Sequence record: DRR378314_1836
DNA: 37,382 nucleotides
Direction: 5' to 3' (one strand)
The notes beneath the pieces are model-generated. The model saw only the letters and a list, made by a program, of their open reading frames with translations, ran no database searches and was not told the DNA's origin. The position numbers and the translations under genes are program-made. Below, piece after piece: positions 18,053-29,001 of the stretch. The stretch's first letter is position 1; each line of letters opens with the position of its first letter.

Positions 18053-19252
18053 TTAAGGCAGGATTGAATGTTTAAAAAATCTGATTAAATCAATATTAAA
18101 ATCTTTAGGTTTCACGGCTGACTCCAGTGCATCATGAGTACGGCTATGAGCCAAATCAATATCTTCAACGCCTGTGTAGCGTGCATGTTTGGCATGATAA
18201 AAGGTTTTAACCTGCGGTTTTAGCGGGCTTGCTGGGTTGCTTTTTGTTACCAATCCGACTTTTTGGCTTGAAAGCTTCACCAAAGTACCAACAGGGTGGA
18301 TACCAATACATTGGATAAACTTGGTCAATAGCTCGCCATCAAAGCTATCAGGACAACCATCTTTTAGTATTTTAAAGGCTTTAATGGGCTCCATGCCATC
18401 TTTATAAACTCGCTCAGCTGTAAGCGCGTCATATACATCAACAATCGATGCCATACGCACATACTGACTGATTTCATCGGCGTGCTTACCAAACGGGTAG
18501 CCACTGCCATCTAGGCGCTCGTGGTGAAAGCCTGCAATATCAACAGCAATGCCTGTTAAACCTGACTCTTCTAGAATTTGCTTACTATAAAGCGCATGAT
18601 TTTGAATTGTTTTAAACTCTTGCTCAGTCAACCTTCCGGGTTTGTGAAGAATCTCATCAGGGATTTGTATTTTACCAATATCGTGTAGCAGGGCGCCTGT
18701 CGCTAGTTCTTCTATGAGCTCTTTTTCAAAATTTAAATGCTTGGCAAAAATACTAATTAAAACAGAAACATTAATTGAGTGCTCTAATAGGTAACTGTCT
18801 TTTTCTCGCATCCGTGTAATACAGGCCAGCGCATCTTGGTTACGAAAAACCGAATCAATAAAGCCACTTGCAAGCTCTTTAAATGGCGCTACTTCAATTG
18901 TTTTTCCTGCTTTAATATCACTAAATGCCTTGCTCTGTAAGTCTTTAGCTTCACAATAAAGTTTTTGAGCTTTGCCCATCTCTTGTTCAACAGAGTGAGT
19001 GGTATGCCATGGGTCACGTTGTTTTGGAGTGTCACTAACAATGGGGGCGTCGTTTAGCTCTTTTGGTTGCTCTATGATGGTTTTATCAGGGTCAATCTCG
19101 ACCTCTAAAATACCCGCTTTTATTAACTTATCGATACCAGCCTGCGTTTTTACCCACCCTTGGTTTTTTATTTTGATATTACCTGACTGCTTCGTTACTT
19201 GTTGTACGAACATACCGGGTAGAAGCTGTTTTATAGGAATGGTTTTAAACAT
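18053..19252 (-). CDS. HD-GYP cyclic-dinucleotide phosphodiesterase with DUF3391-like N-domain
   Basis: IPIKQLLPGMFV N-terminus; EHSINV, LLHDIGK, HHERLDGSGYPFG, IVDVYDALT..RVYK. Confidence 0.92.
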   Translation of the reverse strand: MFKTIPIKQLLPGMFVQQVTKQSGNIKIKNQGWVKTQAGIDKLIKAGILEVEIDPDKTIIEQPKELNDAPIVSDTPKQRDPWHTTHSVEQEMGKAQKLYCEAKDLQSKAFSDIKAGKTIEVAPFKELASGFIDSVFRNQDALACITRMREKDSYLLEHSINVSVLISIFAKHLNFEKELIEELATGALLHDIGKIQIPDEILHKPGRLTEQEFKTIQNHALYSKQILEESGLTGIAVDIAGFHHERLDGSGYPFGKHADEISQYVRMASIVDVYDALTAERVYKDGMEPIKAFKILKDGCPDSFDGELLTKFIQCIGIHPVGTLVKLSSQKVGLVTKSNPASPLKPQVKTFYHAKHARYTGVEDIDLAHSRTHDALESAVKPKDFNIDLIRFFKHSILP

Positions 19253-19312
19253 TACTTACTCAAAAAAATTCGCATACATTAAAGTTAGCAAACTTTTCAT
19301 TGTATAAGTAGC

Positions 19313-19338
19313 AAAAAGGGCGCTAAAAAGCGCCCTTT
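19313..19338 (-). terminator. Intrinsic terminator of putA
   Basis: AAAAAGGGCGCT-AAAA-AGCGCCCTTT just past the putA stop. Confidence 0.85.
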
Positions 19339-19356
19339 AATACTTAGTTGTTGATT

Positions 19357-22300
19357 TTATTCGTCATCTTCAACCAAAGTCATGAGAGATGTGTTACCAC
19401 CTGAGGCGGTAGTATCAATACTAATCGTCTTTTCTGTGATCAGACGTTTGATCAGCGTATCGTAATACTCTGAGCTTATCACAGGCAAGATTGCGCCTTT
19501 GCGTTGTGCAAGCTGCTGGCTAAAGTAGCCCAGACGTGATGAACGTGCTGCAACCACTGCGCCCGCTAAATGTGGATGCGCCAAGATTGCTTGTAGCTGG
19601 TTTGGCTTTGCAACTTGGAACACACCTTCAGCGACACCCGTTGAGATAAACTTGTCTTTAAACGCAACAGCTTCATCATAGAATAACTCTGATGCTACTG
19701 TGATTACAGTATTACCCGCTGCAAGTGCAGTGATAATAGAGATAGCCCAAAAGTTAAATGATGTACTCTTATCTGCATAACATACTACACAACCGCGTGC
19801 TTCAAGGTGTAGTGTGTTTGATTCGCCAGTTGGCCCTGGTAACGTAGTATATTTACGCATGTGCTTTTCAAGTCGGTTTAGCTGGGCACGTGCATCGGCA
19901 AGTGTTAATGCTAAATCATCTGCAAGCTCATCGATGATATCAACGGTGGCTACTTTGGCTAATAACTGTCTAACAGCAGAAACACGGTCATTTAGCGGTG
20001 TGCCACGCCAAATTTTTTCGTCGCGCATTGAGTTAGTCATTAACTTTTCAACTTGCTCATTTGCACCTGAGTAGTGGTGTAAATCAAGCTCATCGGGCGT
20101 TAAGTTGGTCATTTGCACGTTATCAGGTGACGCTTTTTCTTTAACTAAGCGTTGCAGGTAGTTTGGACCACCTGCTTTCGGGCCAGTACCAGATAAACCA
20201 CGACCACCAAACGGTTGTACGCCTACAATTGCACCAATCATATTACGATTAACGTAAACGTTGCCCGCGCGTGACATTTTAGCAAGGTATTCACAGCGCT
20301 CTTCGATACGTGAATGAATACCCATAGTTAAGCCAAAGCCAGTGTTATTGATTTGGTCAACAACACTGTCAATTTCAGTGCCCTTAAAGCGAATTACATG
20401 CACACATGGGCCAAATACTTCACGTTTAAGTACTGATAAATCTTTGATTTCATATAAGCGTGGAGCAAAGAAATAAGCGCCATTTTCAGTATTATCAGGA
20501 ATTTCACACTCATAGTGCAGTGTGGCATTGCCTTTTAGATACTCAACGTGATCGGTTAGGTTCTTCAATGCTTTTTCATCGATAACAGGACCAATGTCTG
20601 TTGAGAGTAGTGCAGGGTCGCCAACATGTAACTCTTTTAGCGCCCCTTTGATCATCTCAATGATGCCATCTGCCACGTCTTCTTGTAAAAATAATACACG
20701 CAATGCAGAACAGCGTTGACCGGCACTTTGGAAACCAGAACTAATCACATCATCAACCACTTGCTCAGGCAGTGCAGTTGAATCGACGATCATACAGTTT
20801 TGACCACCTGTTTCGGCAATTAACGGTACTTGAATATCATTACGCGCTGCAAGTGTTTGTGAGATGATAGTGCCAGTCTCGGTTGAACCGGTGAACATCA
20901 CTGCTTGAATACGCTCATCGGGTACAATTGTCTTACCTACTTCACTACCGCGGGCAATAACAGGTTGTACAACATGCTCAGGTAAACCTACTGATAACAT
21001 TAGTTCAATAGAGCGCAGTGCAATGTAACTAGTTTGTTCAGCTGGTTTTGCGATAACGGTATTACCGGTTACGATTGCAGCAGCTACTTGACCCAAAAAG
21101 ATAGCAAGTGGGAAGTTCCACGGGCTTATACATAAAATAACACCGCGGGCTTCAAAGCGCTCATCTTCACTAAGCTCTTCAGCACGCGCTGCGTAGTAAC
21201 GACAAAAATCAACAGCTTCGCGTACTTCATCAATGCCATCTTGTGCAACTTTACCAGCTTCTTTAATACAGATTGCTACAAGCTCATCATGGTGGCGTTC
21301 TAGAATATCGGCAATACGACGAAGTAAATTTGCACGCTCTTTTACAGGTGTTTGTGACCATGACTCAAAGGCCGTTTCCGCGTTAGCAAGTAGGCTAAGC
21401 ATGTCATCACTGTTATGTAATTTAACGTGGCCAATGACTTCTTTATGATTAGCTGGATTTTTAACCGCTAATGAGCCTTCAGGTACGTCACTTTCATTAA
21501 TGCGATGTTCTTCAAACCACGAATCTAGGTTTTCTTTAAAGGGTGTAATTGCATTGATGTCAGTTAAATCCATACCTTTTGAATTAGCACGCTCTGCGCC
21601 GTATAAATCAATTGGCATCTTAATTTGCGTGTTGTACTTATTACGTAAACCTTGCAGTGTTTCTACAGGATCAGGGAGTAATGCTTCAACAGGTTGCGTG
21701 GTATCAACAATCGCATTTACAAACGATGAGTTAGCACCGTTTTCAAGTAAGCGACGAACCAAGTATGCAAGTAAGTCTTCGTGCTGACCAACAGGTGCAT
21801 ACACGCGACACTGAATTTTCTCTTGCGTTACGATTTGGTCAAATAAAGACTCGCCCATACCGTGCAGGCGTTGGAATTCAAATCCATCATGATCGCCTTT
21901 TGCAACTTCTAGAATCGTTGCGGCAGTGTATGCGTTATGAGTGGCAAATTGTGGATACAGCACGTCACGCGCTTCAAGCATTTTAATAGCACAGGCTTTG
22001 TATGAAACGTCAGTCGTTGCTTTTCGGGTAAATACAGGGAAATGATCTAAACCATCTTGCTGTGTAGTTTTGATTTCTGTATCCCAGTAAGCGCCTTTAA
22101 CTAAGCGTACCATTAGTTTGCGCCCAACGCGGGTAGCAAGCTCTGTGAGCCATTCGATAACAAAAATAGCGCGTTTTTGGTATGCCTGAACAGCTAGACC
22201 AAAACCATGCCAGCCAGCTAAATCGTCGTCGCTAAATACGGCCTCAATGACATCAAGAGAAATATCCAAGCGGTCAGCTTCTTCAGCATCTACTGTAAAG

Positions 22301-23160
22301 CCAATATCGTAACTTTTAGCGACCAATGCAAGCGCCTTAAGTTTAGGCACAATTTCTTTCATCACACGTTCTTTATGGGTGAATTCATAACGTGGATGAA
22401 TTGCCGAAAGTTTCACTGAAATACCAGGGCTCTTAATTGGGCCGCGGCCATTTGCAGCTTTACCAATAGAGTGAATTGCATTTAGGTAACTTTGATAATA
22501 ACGGTCCGCGTCTTTCATTGTACGCGCGCCTTCACCTAGCATGTCGTATGAGTATACATAGCCCTTGCGTTCTGTATCTGCTGCACGCTCAATGGCTTCG
22601 TCAATGGTGCGACCCATAACGAATTGCTTACCCATGATCTTCATCGCGAAGTTAACTGACTTACGGATCACTGGCTCGCCTAAACGACCAATGGTTTTTT
22701 TCAACACACCAAATTGCTGATCTTTGGTTTTGTCGTTGTAGTTAACCATTTTCCCGGTCACTAACAAACCCCAAGACGATGCATTAACAAACAGAGAGTC
22801 ACTGCTACCTAAGTGTGAGCTCCAATCGCCTTTTGCTAATTTGTCACGGATAAGGGTTTCTTGAGTCGCTTTATCTGGCACACGAAGTAGGGCTTCAGCC
22901 AAACACATTAATACCACACCTTCTTCACTCGAAAGTGAGAATTCATTTAAAAGTGCATCAACACCGCTTTGACCATCTTGGTCTTTACGAATATTGTGAA
23001 CTATTTGACGTGCACGCTCCCATGCACGGCTACGGGCTTTAACACCTACTTCGGCAAGGGGTAAAATATGATCAATAACTGCATTTTCATCAATGCGGTA
23101 AAAGTCACGGATCTTTTGTCGAATTGGACACGTTGTAGTCAAATCGCCGTTGAATAACAT
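19357..23160 (-). CDS. putA: Bifunctional proline dehydrogenase / glutamate-semialdehyde dehydrogenase PutA (no RHH domain)
   Basis: SYDMLGEGA, SVKLSA, VDAEEA, RLVKGAYWD, FATHN, YLVRRLLENGANSSF, ISPWNFP, ETGG, SAGQRCSALR; ATG23160 after TGAGG. Confidence 0.97.
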   Translation of the reverse strand: MLFNGDLTTTCPIRQKIRDFYRIDENAVIDHILPLAEVGVKARSRAWERARQIVHNIRKDQDGQSGVDALLNEFSLSSEEGVVLMCLAEALLRVPDKATQETLIRDKLAKGDWSSHLGSSDSLFVNASSWGLLVTGKMVNYNDKTKDQQFGVLKKTIGRLGEPVIRKSVNFAMKIMGKQFVMGRTIDEAIERAADTERKGYVYSYDMLGEGARTMKDADRYYQSYLNAIHSIGKAANGRGPIKSPGISVKLSAIHPRYEFTHKERVMKEIVPKLKALALVAKSYDIGFTVDAEEADRLDISLDVIEAVFSDDDLAGWHGFGLAVQAYQKRAIFVIEWLTELATRVGRKLMVRLVKGAYWDTEIKTTQQDGLDHFPVFTRKATTDVSYKACAIKMLEARDVLYPQFATHNAYTAATILEVAKGDHDGFEFQRLHGMGESLFDQIVTQEKIQCRVYAPVGQHEDLLAYLVRRLLENGANSSFVNAIVDTTQPVEALLPDPVETLQGLRNKYNTQIKMPIDLYGAERANSKGMDLTDINAITPFKENLDSWFEEHRINESDVPEGSLAVKNPANHKEVIGHVKLHNSDDMLSLLANAETAFESWSQTPVKERANLLRRIADILERHHDELVAICIKEAGKVAQDGIDEVREAVDFCRYYAARAEELSEDERFEARGVILCISPWNFPLAIFLGQVAAAIVTGNTVIAKPAEQTSYIALRSIELMLSVGLPEHVVQPVIARGSEVGKTIVPDERIQAVMFTGSTETGTIISQTLAARNDIQVPLIAETGGQNCMIVDSTALPEQVVDDVISSGFQSAGQRCSALRVLFLQEDVADGIIEMIKGALKELHVGDPALLSTDIGPVIDEKALKNLTDHVEYLKGNATLHYECEIPDNTENGAYFFAPRLYEIKDLSVLKREVFGPCVHVIRFKGTEIDSVVDQINNTGFGLTMGIHSRIEERCEYLAKMSRAGNVYVNRNMIGAIVGVQPFGGRGLSGTGPKAGGPNYLQRLVKEKASPDNVQMTNLTPDELDLHHYSGANEQVEKLMTNSMRDEKIWRGTPLNDRVSAVRQLLAKVATVDIIDELADDLALTLADARAQLNRLEKHMRKYTTLPGPTGESNTLHLEARGCVVCYADKSTSFNFWAISIITALAAGNTVITVASELFYDEAVAFKDKFISTGVAEGVFQVAKPNQLQAILAHPHLAGAVVAARSSRLGYFSQQLAQRKGAILPVISSEYYDTLIKRLITEKTISIDTTASGGNTSLMTLVEDDE

Positions 23161-23330
23161 AAGTAACCTCAAAAGTGTGGAGTCTTGCAGCAAAAAAAGA
23201 GTGCTGCTCGATTATCATGTTGTTTAATGCGTGCATTCTAATTAAATTCCAGCAGAATATGCTGGTTAAATTTGCCGATTTACGATAATTTACAGGGCAT
23301 ACGTTAAACTTATCCGCATAAAATTCTGTT

Positions 23331-23810
23331 ATGACAAGTCCCAATAGATTACGCCTGCTTGATCGTATCGATTTAGCAATTTTAGACGTTCTGCAAAAAA
23401 ACGGCAGAATATCTAATGTGAACCTTGCAAAGCAGGTTAACTTAAGCCCAAGCCCTTGTCTTGACCGAGTAAAACGACTCGAGCAAGAAGGTTATATCGA
23501 GGGCTACTTTGCTAAGCTTAACGAAGCAAAACTTAACCAGAGTTTATTAGCGCATGTACAAGTGTCATTAGTAACATCAAATACGGCCGTATTTAAAGTC
23601 TTCCGTGAACATATTTTACGAATTACTCAAGTTATCGAGTGCGATATGGTAGCAGGGGGTTACGATTATTTATTAAAAATACGTGTGTCAGATATGGACG
23701 AATACCGCCAAGTGTTAGGTGATTTAGTTGATATACCGGGTGTGGGCACGCACCATACCTATATGGTTATTGAGAAAATAAAGCAAGACAATGGTCTCAA
23801 GCTCGATTAA
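23331..23810 (+). CDS. putR: Lrp/AsnC-family regulator divergent from putA (PutR-like)
   Basis: LDRIDLAIL..LQKNGRISNVNLAKQVNLSPSPCLDRVKRLE, GGYDYLLK; divergent putR-putA layout; symbol assigned from context. Confidence 0.85.
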   Translation: MTSPNRLRLLDRIDLAILDVLQKNGRISNVNLAKQVNLSPSPCLDRVKRLEQEGYIEGYFAKLNEAKLNQSLLAHVQVSLVTSNTAVFKVFREHILRITQVIECDMVAGGYDYLLKIRVSDMDEYRQVLGDLVDIPGVGTHHTYMVIEKIKQDNGLKLD

Positions 23811-23840
23811 ATAAAAAAGCACCTATTGGTGCTTTTTTAT
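23811..23840. terminator. Bidirectional intrinsic terminator
   Basis: ATAAAAAAGCACC-TATT-GGTGCTTTTTTAT between convergent genes. Confidence 0.9.
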
Positions 23841-23848
23841 TGTATTGC

Positions 23849-24448
23849 TTATGCCCATCCGTCGTAACGTTTACGGCGCGACAGCACTATCGTTAAAATA
23901 ATCCCTAAAAACAATCCTATAAATGCGATAGCTCCCCCGTAGGTAAGTAGCTGACGTTTCTCTTTAGCACCGGCTTGTTGCTTTTGAGTACGCTCTGCAT
24001 TTAAAGTCGTTTGCAGTTTGGTGATTTGTTCTGACAACATTAGATTTTGATCAGTGAGTGATTGGTTTTGTTCTTGTAGTTGTGGCAGTTCAATCTGGGT
24101 TTGACGAAGTTGCTCTTGCATCGACGTCATTTCTTCACTCAAAGTACGGTATTGCTGGTGAATACCAGCTGATTTAGAGACAAACTTAGCCTCTACCCAG
24201 CCTTCGCGTTCTTTATCATCAATAACTTTGACGAAGCCGTTTTCTTCAGGTGAAAGTTGCGTAAGCTTTGTTCCCGCATCTACTGATCCGATAATTCGGT
24301 AGTTCTTACTCGCACCGGAATGCATAAACGTATAAAGATTATCAACAATATAAGCCGTATTTGTATTGTTTGTTGAATTTGCTTCTTCGCCGTGACTAAC
24401 AAACGCAACAGCGCTAAGAAGTAAAGCTAATAAGGAATGTTTAAACAT
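23849..24448 (-). CDS. ygiM: SH3b-domain membrane protein (TIGR04211/YgiM family)
   Basis: YIVDNLYTFMHSGASKNYRIIGSV, REGWV, coiled coil, C-terminal TM then RRKRYDGW; divergent from ygiF. Confidence 0.88.
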   Translation of the reverse strand: MFKHSLLALLLSAVAFVSHGEEANSTNNTNTAYIVDNLYTFMHSGASKNYRIIGSVDAGTKLTQLSPEENGFVKVIDDKEREGWVEAKFVSKSAGIHQQYRTLSEEMTSMQEQLRQTQIELPQLQEQNQSLTDQNLMLSEQITKLQTTLNAERTQKQQAGAKEKRQLLTYGGAIAFIGLFLGIILTIVLSRRKRYDGWA

Positions 24449-24656
24449 TAATCTACCCTGTTAATGTAACCGTGATCGTTACGGCAATTTTTTTGTTCTA
24501 AGTATAGAGATAGTATGGATTAAACTCGTTAATAGCAAGGCTGATATTGTAATCACATCACAGTGAATAAATGAAATCTCGCTAAAAAATTTGCATTACC
24601 GCTTTGCTTTGTTTATTTTGAGCTCTTATTTATTTTAAAGGTAATCCTCAAGCCTA

Positions 24657-26177
24657 ATGGATACTGAGATAGAACTTAAGTTTTTGGTGTCAGATGCCGT
24701 TGTTCCACTGATCCCCGCGTTAATTACTCAATTTGCAAAAACCGTCACAAACAAGCCTTCCCGTAGTTTGCAAAATGCTTACTATGACACTCCTAGTCGA
24801 GAGTTAAGAGCACTTGATATTGGTTTTAGAACACGTTGTGCAGATAATCAATGTGAGCAAACAATCAAACTAGCAGGAGAAGTTGTTGGAGGTTTACATC
24901 AACGCCCTGAATATAATTTGCCGATTGAAAGTAACCGCCCAGATATCACTGAGTTTGACAGCGGTATTTGGCCTCACGGCATGCAAGTTAACGCAATAGC
25001 CGCTAATTTATACCCAATATTCAGTACTAACTTTATCCGCCGCACTTGGTTAATTGAAACCGAAGGTGGAGCAAAAATTGAGGTTGTTTTAGATAAAGGT
25101 GAAGTGTCAGCTTCTGGTCGGGTTGAAATTATTTGTGAGCTTGAAATCGAACTGATGGAAGGCAGTCGTGATGAGTTGTTTGCGTTAGCCGATAAACTAG
25201 TCGCACAGAGTAATATTCGTCTTGGTTTGTATTCAAAAGCGGCCAGAGGTTATCGTTTAGCGGATGAAAAACCACTTAAACCGAGCAAATCAATCGGTTT
25301 TGTTTCACTGCCTAAAAAGGCAACGCAAGAGCAAGCCCTCATTGCAGCAATAGGGTTTGGTATTCGCTTTGTGCAAAAACATGAGCAGTGCTATTTTGAC
25401 AAGCCTAGCTTAAAAACGCTTAAACGAGTTACTGATGGCATCAGCCTGATTCGCCACACGTTTTGGCTATTTGATGACATTGTAGATAAAAGCACTACAG
25501 AGTCATTAAGAGTAGAGCTTAAGTGGTTGTTAAGCGAACTAGCGTGGGTTGAAAACGCTATTCAGCTTAAGACATATACATCAAAACGTCATGCCTATTA
25601 CAAAAAAATTAACAGTGCGCCAGAGCTTACTCAAGTGATCAATGACCTAAAAGAGCTACAGCCAAGTATTGATGACATCAACAAACTCTTTCACAGCGCG
25701 CGCTATAATCGGTTACTCCTTAGTTTAACTACCTGGCTTGTAGATAAACAGTGGCGTAAAAGCTGGGGGCAAACCCAGTTTCAAGCCGCGGAACGCTCTG
25801 TTGATGAAATAGCAAACCGTTTATTTCATAAAGATTGGCAGGATCTGCACCAGTTGTTACCAGAGCAACAAACTCTTACTTGTAAAGACTACTTAAACCT
25901 ACGTACCCGCCTTGAAAATAGCTTACTCAGTGGCAACTGTTTAGGTGCATTGTATGATAAAGAGGATCGCAGTGAGTTCCGTATTCCATGGCTTGATATT
26001 TCTCACGGGATATATGAGTTGTGTACGCTCGATTATTTAAAGCAGCTATGCGCAGGACAAGAAGACGAAGAGCTTGCCAAAATACAACATTGGCTTGAAA
26101 TGAAATCTGAGTTTTTGGTTAGTGCGATGGAGCAAAGTCGTTTAGCGTCATTTAAAATTTCACCCTACTGGGAATAG
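24657..26177 (+). CDS. ygiF: CYTH + CHAD inorganic triphosphatase YgiF
   Basis: EIELK, NAYYDT, EQTIK..GGLHQRPEYN, FSTNFIR, ICELEIEL, SKAARGY. Confidence 0.92.
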   Translation: MDTEIELKFLVSDAVVPLIPALITQFAKTVTNKPSRSLQNAYYDTPSRELRALDIGFRTRCADNQCEQTIKLAGEVVGGLHQRPEYNLPIESNRPDITEFDSGIWPHGMQVNAIAANLYPIFSTNFIRRTWLIETEGGAKIEVVLDKGEVSASGRVEIICELEIELMEGSRDELFALADKLVAQSNIRLGLYSKAARGYRLADEKPLKPSKSIGFVSLPKKATQEQALIAAIGFGIRFVQKHEQCYFDKPSLKTLKRVTDGISLIRHTFWLFDDIVDKSTTESLRVELKWLLSELAWVENAIQLKTYTSKRHAYYKKINSAPELTQVINDLKELQPSIDDINKLFHSARYNRLLLSLTTWLVDKQWRKSWGQTQFQAAERSVDEIANRLFHKDWQDLHQLLPEQQTLTCKDYLNLRTRLENSLLSGNCLGALYDKEDRSEFRIPWLDISHGIYELCTLDYLKQLCAGQEDEELAKIQHWLEMKSEFLVSAMEQSRLASFKISPYWE

Positions 26178-26209
26178 CCTTGTACTGATAGCAACACGAT
26201 GGAGTGTTA

Positions 26210-26872
26210 ATGCGCAAAATAGCCGGGTTATTAATCATACTGTGTTGCTTTACAGTTTATTCTGCGCAGCAAACACCATGGCAATTATGGAAAACTCAAG
26301 ATGGTGTCAGTGTTTCCTTTAAAAAACACTCAAATGGTATTGTTGAAGTGCAAGGCACGTTACAGATAGAAAATAGCACTGCAAGCGACTTCATGGCCCT
26401 TCTTAGTGATACTGAGCGAGCCCCAAAGTGGGTCGAAAATGTGAGTCACGTTGAGGTGCTGGCCCGCCCAAGTGACGCAGAAACTATCGTGTATACAAAA
26501 ATTAACTCGCCGTGGCCTATCAGAGATAGGGATATGGTGAGTTATTCCTGCTACAAACGGCTAAATCCCACGCAAACGTTATTAACGATTAGTGCTTATT
26601 CTGGTTTTAAAGAGCACGTTGATTCGGTTGTGCGTATCAAGGGTTTAAAAGCGACTTGGTTACTCGAAGAACATAATAGCTCAGAAAAGGTCAGTCTGGC
26701 GCTCACCCACACAGTTTATGCAGACCCTGGTGGTGCAATACCCCATTGGTTAAGCAATAATGTAAGTTTAAAAAGTACGCTTAAAACACTACGAGCTTTA
26801 CGTAGTGAGCTCGCTCAAGAGCAATATCATGCTGCGCCTACTGATATCAAAGAGGGTAATTGCTCTATATAG
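26210..26872 (+). CDS. Secreted START/SRPBCC lipid-binding domain protein
   Basis: Signal peptide; WQLWKTQDGVSV, KWV, SPWPIRDRDMV, DPGGAIPHWL; GGAG before ATG26210. Confidence 0.88.
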   Translation: MRKIAGLLIILCCFTVYSAQQTPWQLWKTQDGVSVSFKKHSNGIVEVQGTLQIENSTASDFMALLSDTERAPKWVENVSHVEVLARPSDAETIVYTKINSPWPIRDRDMVSYSCYKRLNPTQTLLTISAYSGFKEHVDSVVRIKGLKATWLLEEHNSSEKVSLALTHTVYADPGGAIPHWLSNNVSLKSTLKTLRALRSELAQEQYHAAPTDIKEGNCSI

Positions 26873-27012
26873 TGTTACCTTTTTGTTCCTTATAAGTTAA
26901 TCGCTTGTATTCGTTACACTTTCTTACATATTAATACATAATCTAAATGGAATTTATGGCTTATATTGGTATAGTTCCTTTTTTAGGAATGTGTGCTATA
27001 AGGACATAGGTT

Positions 27013-29001
27013 GTGTTTAATGCTATTTCAACGCCTTCTAGTCGTTGGTTTTCATTTGTGGCAGAGTGTTGGCGTTTAGCTGCACTTTGGTTTGCAGGTG
27101 TATTGCTCTTCATGAGCTTTCGTATTTTCTTCTTAGTATATTTTTATGACCATATTGCAGCACCTTTAAATGCAACAGCTCTATACAATACTTTAAAGAC
27201 TGGCTTTGCTTTTGACTCAGCTGCGAGTGGGGTGTGTTTTAGTATTCCTTTTTTACTCAACTGCATCTTTCAGCCAATGCGGCTAGGGCACTGGGTTTCA
27301 AAAGTTCGTATTTATACTGCGAGAGTATTTTTTAGCGTAATGATCTTATTATGCATTACCAGCGTCACCTATATTTCTGAGTATGGTACACAATTTAACT
27401 ACTTTATGTTTGAAGGGCTACATGATGATCAGCAGGCCATCGCATTAACCGCAATAAAGCAATACAAGCCATGGGGCAGCCTTATAAGTTTAGTGCTTCT
27501 GTTGTTTATTGCGTTTAGATATTGCAAGCATGTTGAGCAAACTAGCCTTAGTTTTTTATCGCGCATTTATACTGTCTGTAAGTGGAAACGCTCACTACTG
27601 GTTATTCTGATAACGGTGCTTTTTATCTGCGCTATTCGCGGCTCATTCGAATCTCGTCCTGCTTCGCGTAAATGGTCTGCGGTGACTCCTGATGCGTTTG
27701 TAAATAACCTTGTGATTAACCCTTTTCGTAGCTTTGTGTATGCAATAAAAGACTATAACGAATTACAAAATCATGGAATAGATGGTAAAAACCCCTATTT
27801 GAGCTCAAATGCTGCACCACTCACTGATCCATTACTCGATTATCAGCAACACACAAAAGGAGCGTTTATTGACCCTCCATCACAGGTGTTTTTTATAATC
27901 ATGGAAAGCTATGATTCGTGGCCTTTGCAGCAAAAGTACGCATCACTTAATGTGACTAATGAATTAAAAAGCTTAGCTAGCAAGGGGATCTATTTAGATA
28001 ATATGCTACCTGCTGCCAGTAGTACGATGAATTCACTTTCGAGTATTTTGTCTGGTATTCCATTTTCAGGTGTGAACATGAGCCGCATTGGCCCGCAACA
28101 ACCTGCCAGTAAGCTTTCTTTTATTAATCAAATGGAGCGGCTTGGTTACACCAGTCAGTTTTTTTATGGTGGATTACTCTCATGGCAAAATGTGGGTGAA
28201 TATGTAGAATCGCAAGGTGTCGATAATATTTATTCCGCGACAGATGCTGGTGGTAAAGGCAGTGCGGGTGTATGGGGGATTGATGATAGCCAACTATTTG
28301 AACTCGCAGCGGCTAAAACCGAACAAAAAAGTTTTAATGTAATTTTAAGCGGCAGTTATCACGGTCCTTTCAATTTAGATTTAGCGCAACTTGACTACCC
28401 ATTCGCATCTTATGATGATTACCCCGCAACAATACAATCGCTAGAAGGCGAACTATTAGACCCCTATGTGTTAGGGCATTTATGGTATGCAGATAAAATG
28501 CTGGGCGAGTTTGTGCGAAAAATGGAGCAGCGTTACCCTGATGCACTGTTTGTGATCACGGGCGATCATTTTAGTCGTCGTTACCTACATAGCCGACCTA
28601 ATTTGTTTGAACTAACACACGTGCCAATGGTGATTTATGGGCAAGGTATTACACCTGATTTGTTGTCATCGCAACACGTTGCAAGTCATATGGATATTGC
28701 TCCAACCTTACTTAATTTAATCGCACCTAAAAATACAGCGTTTTATAGTATGGGCCAATCATTGTTAAGTATTGACGAAGAGCGCACCGTTTTTGGTTTT
28801 CAAACTATTCGTCGCAATGAAAAGCTGTGGAAGGGAGATTTAAAGGCGATTTACGAGTATTATAAGGTTAATGAACACGATAAAACTCAGTTAACGTCAT
28901 TCAGTCCGTCAGGGGTTGAATATATTGATGCTGATACAGAGCAAGCTTATAATCGTTATATGGCTACTGCATGGCACTTGCTTATTCGTGGTATGGAGTG
29001 A
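27013..29001 (+). CDS. LTA synthase/OpgB-like membrane protein (alkaline-phosphatase superfamily)
   Basis: Five N-terminal TM segments; IRG..NP linker; IIMES, putative catalytic Thr in ASSTMN, SYHGPF, YAD, ITGDH, SHMDIAPT. Confidence 0.88.
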   Translation: MFNAISTPSSRWFSFVAECWRLAALWFAGVLLFMSFRIFFLVYFYDHIAAPLNATALYNTLKTGFAFDSAASGVCFSIPFLLNCIFQPMRLGHWVSKVRIYTARVFFSVMILLCITSVTYISEYGTQFNYFMFEGLHDDQQAIALTAIKQYKPWGSLISLVLLLFIAFRYCKHVEQTSLSFLSRIYTVCKWKRSLLVILITVLFICAIRGSFESRPASRKWSAVTPDAFVNNLVINPFRSFVYAIKDYNELQNHGIDGKNPYLSSNAAPLTDPLLDYQQHTKGAFIDPPSQVFFIIMESYDSWPLQQKYASLNVTNELKSLASKGIYLDNMLPAASSTMNSLSSILSGIPFSGVNMSRIGPQQPASKLSFINQMERLGYTSQFFYGGLLSWQNVGEYVESQGVDNIYSATDAGGKGSAGVWGIDDSQLFELAAAKTEQKSFNVILSGSYHGPFNLDLAQLDYPFASYDDYPATIQSLEGELLDPYVLGHLWYADKMLGEFVRKMEQRYPDALFVITGDHFSRRYLHSRPNLFELTHVPMVIYGQGITPDLLSSQHVASHMDIAPTLLNLIAPKNTAFYSMGQSLLSIDEERTVFGFQTIRRNEKLWKGDLKAIYEYYKVNEHDKTQLTSFSPSGVEYIDADTEQAYNRYMATAWHLLIRGME

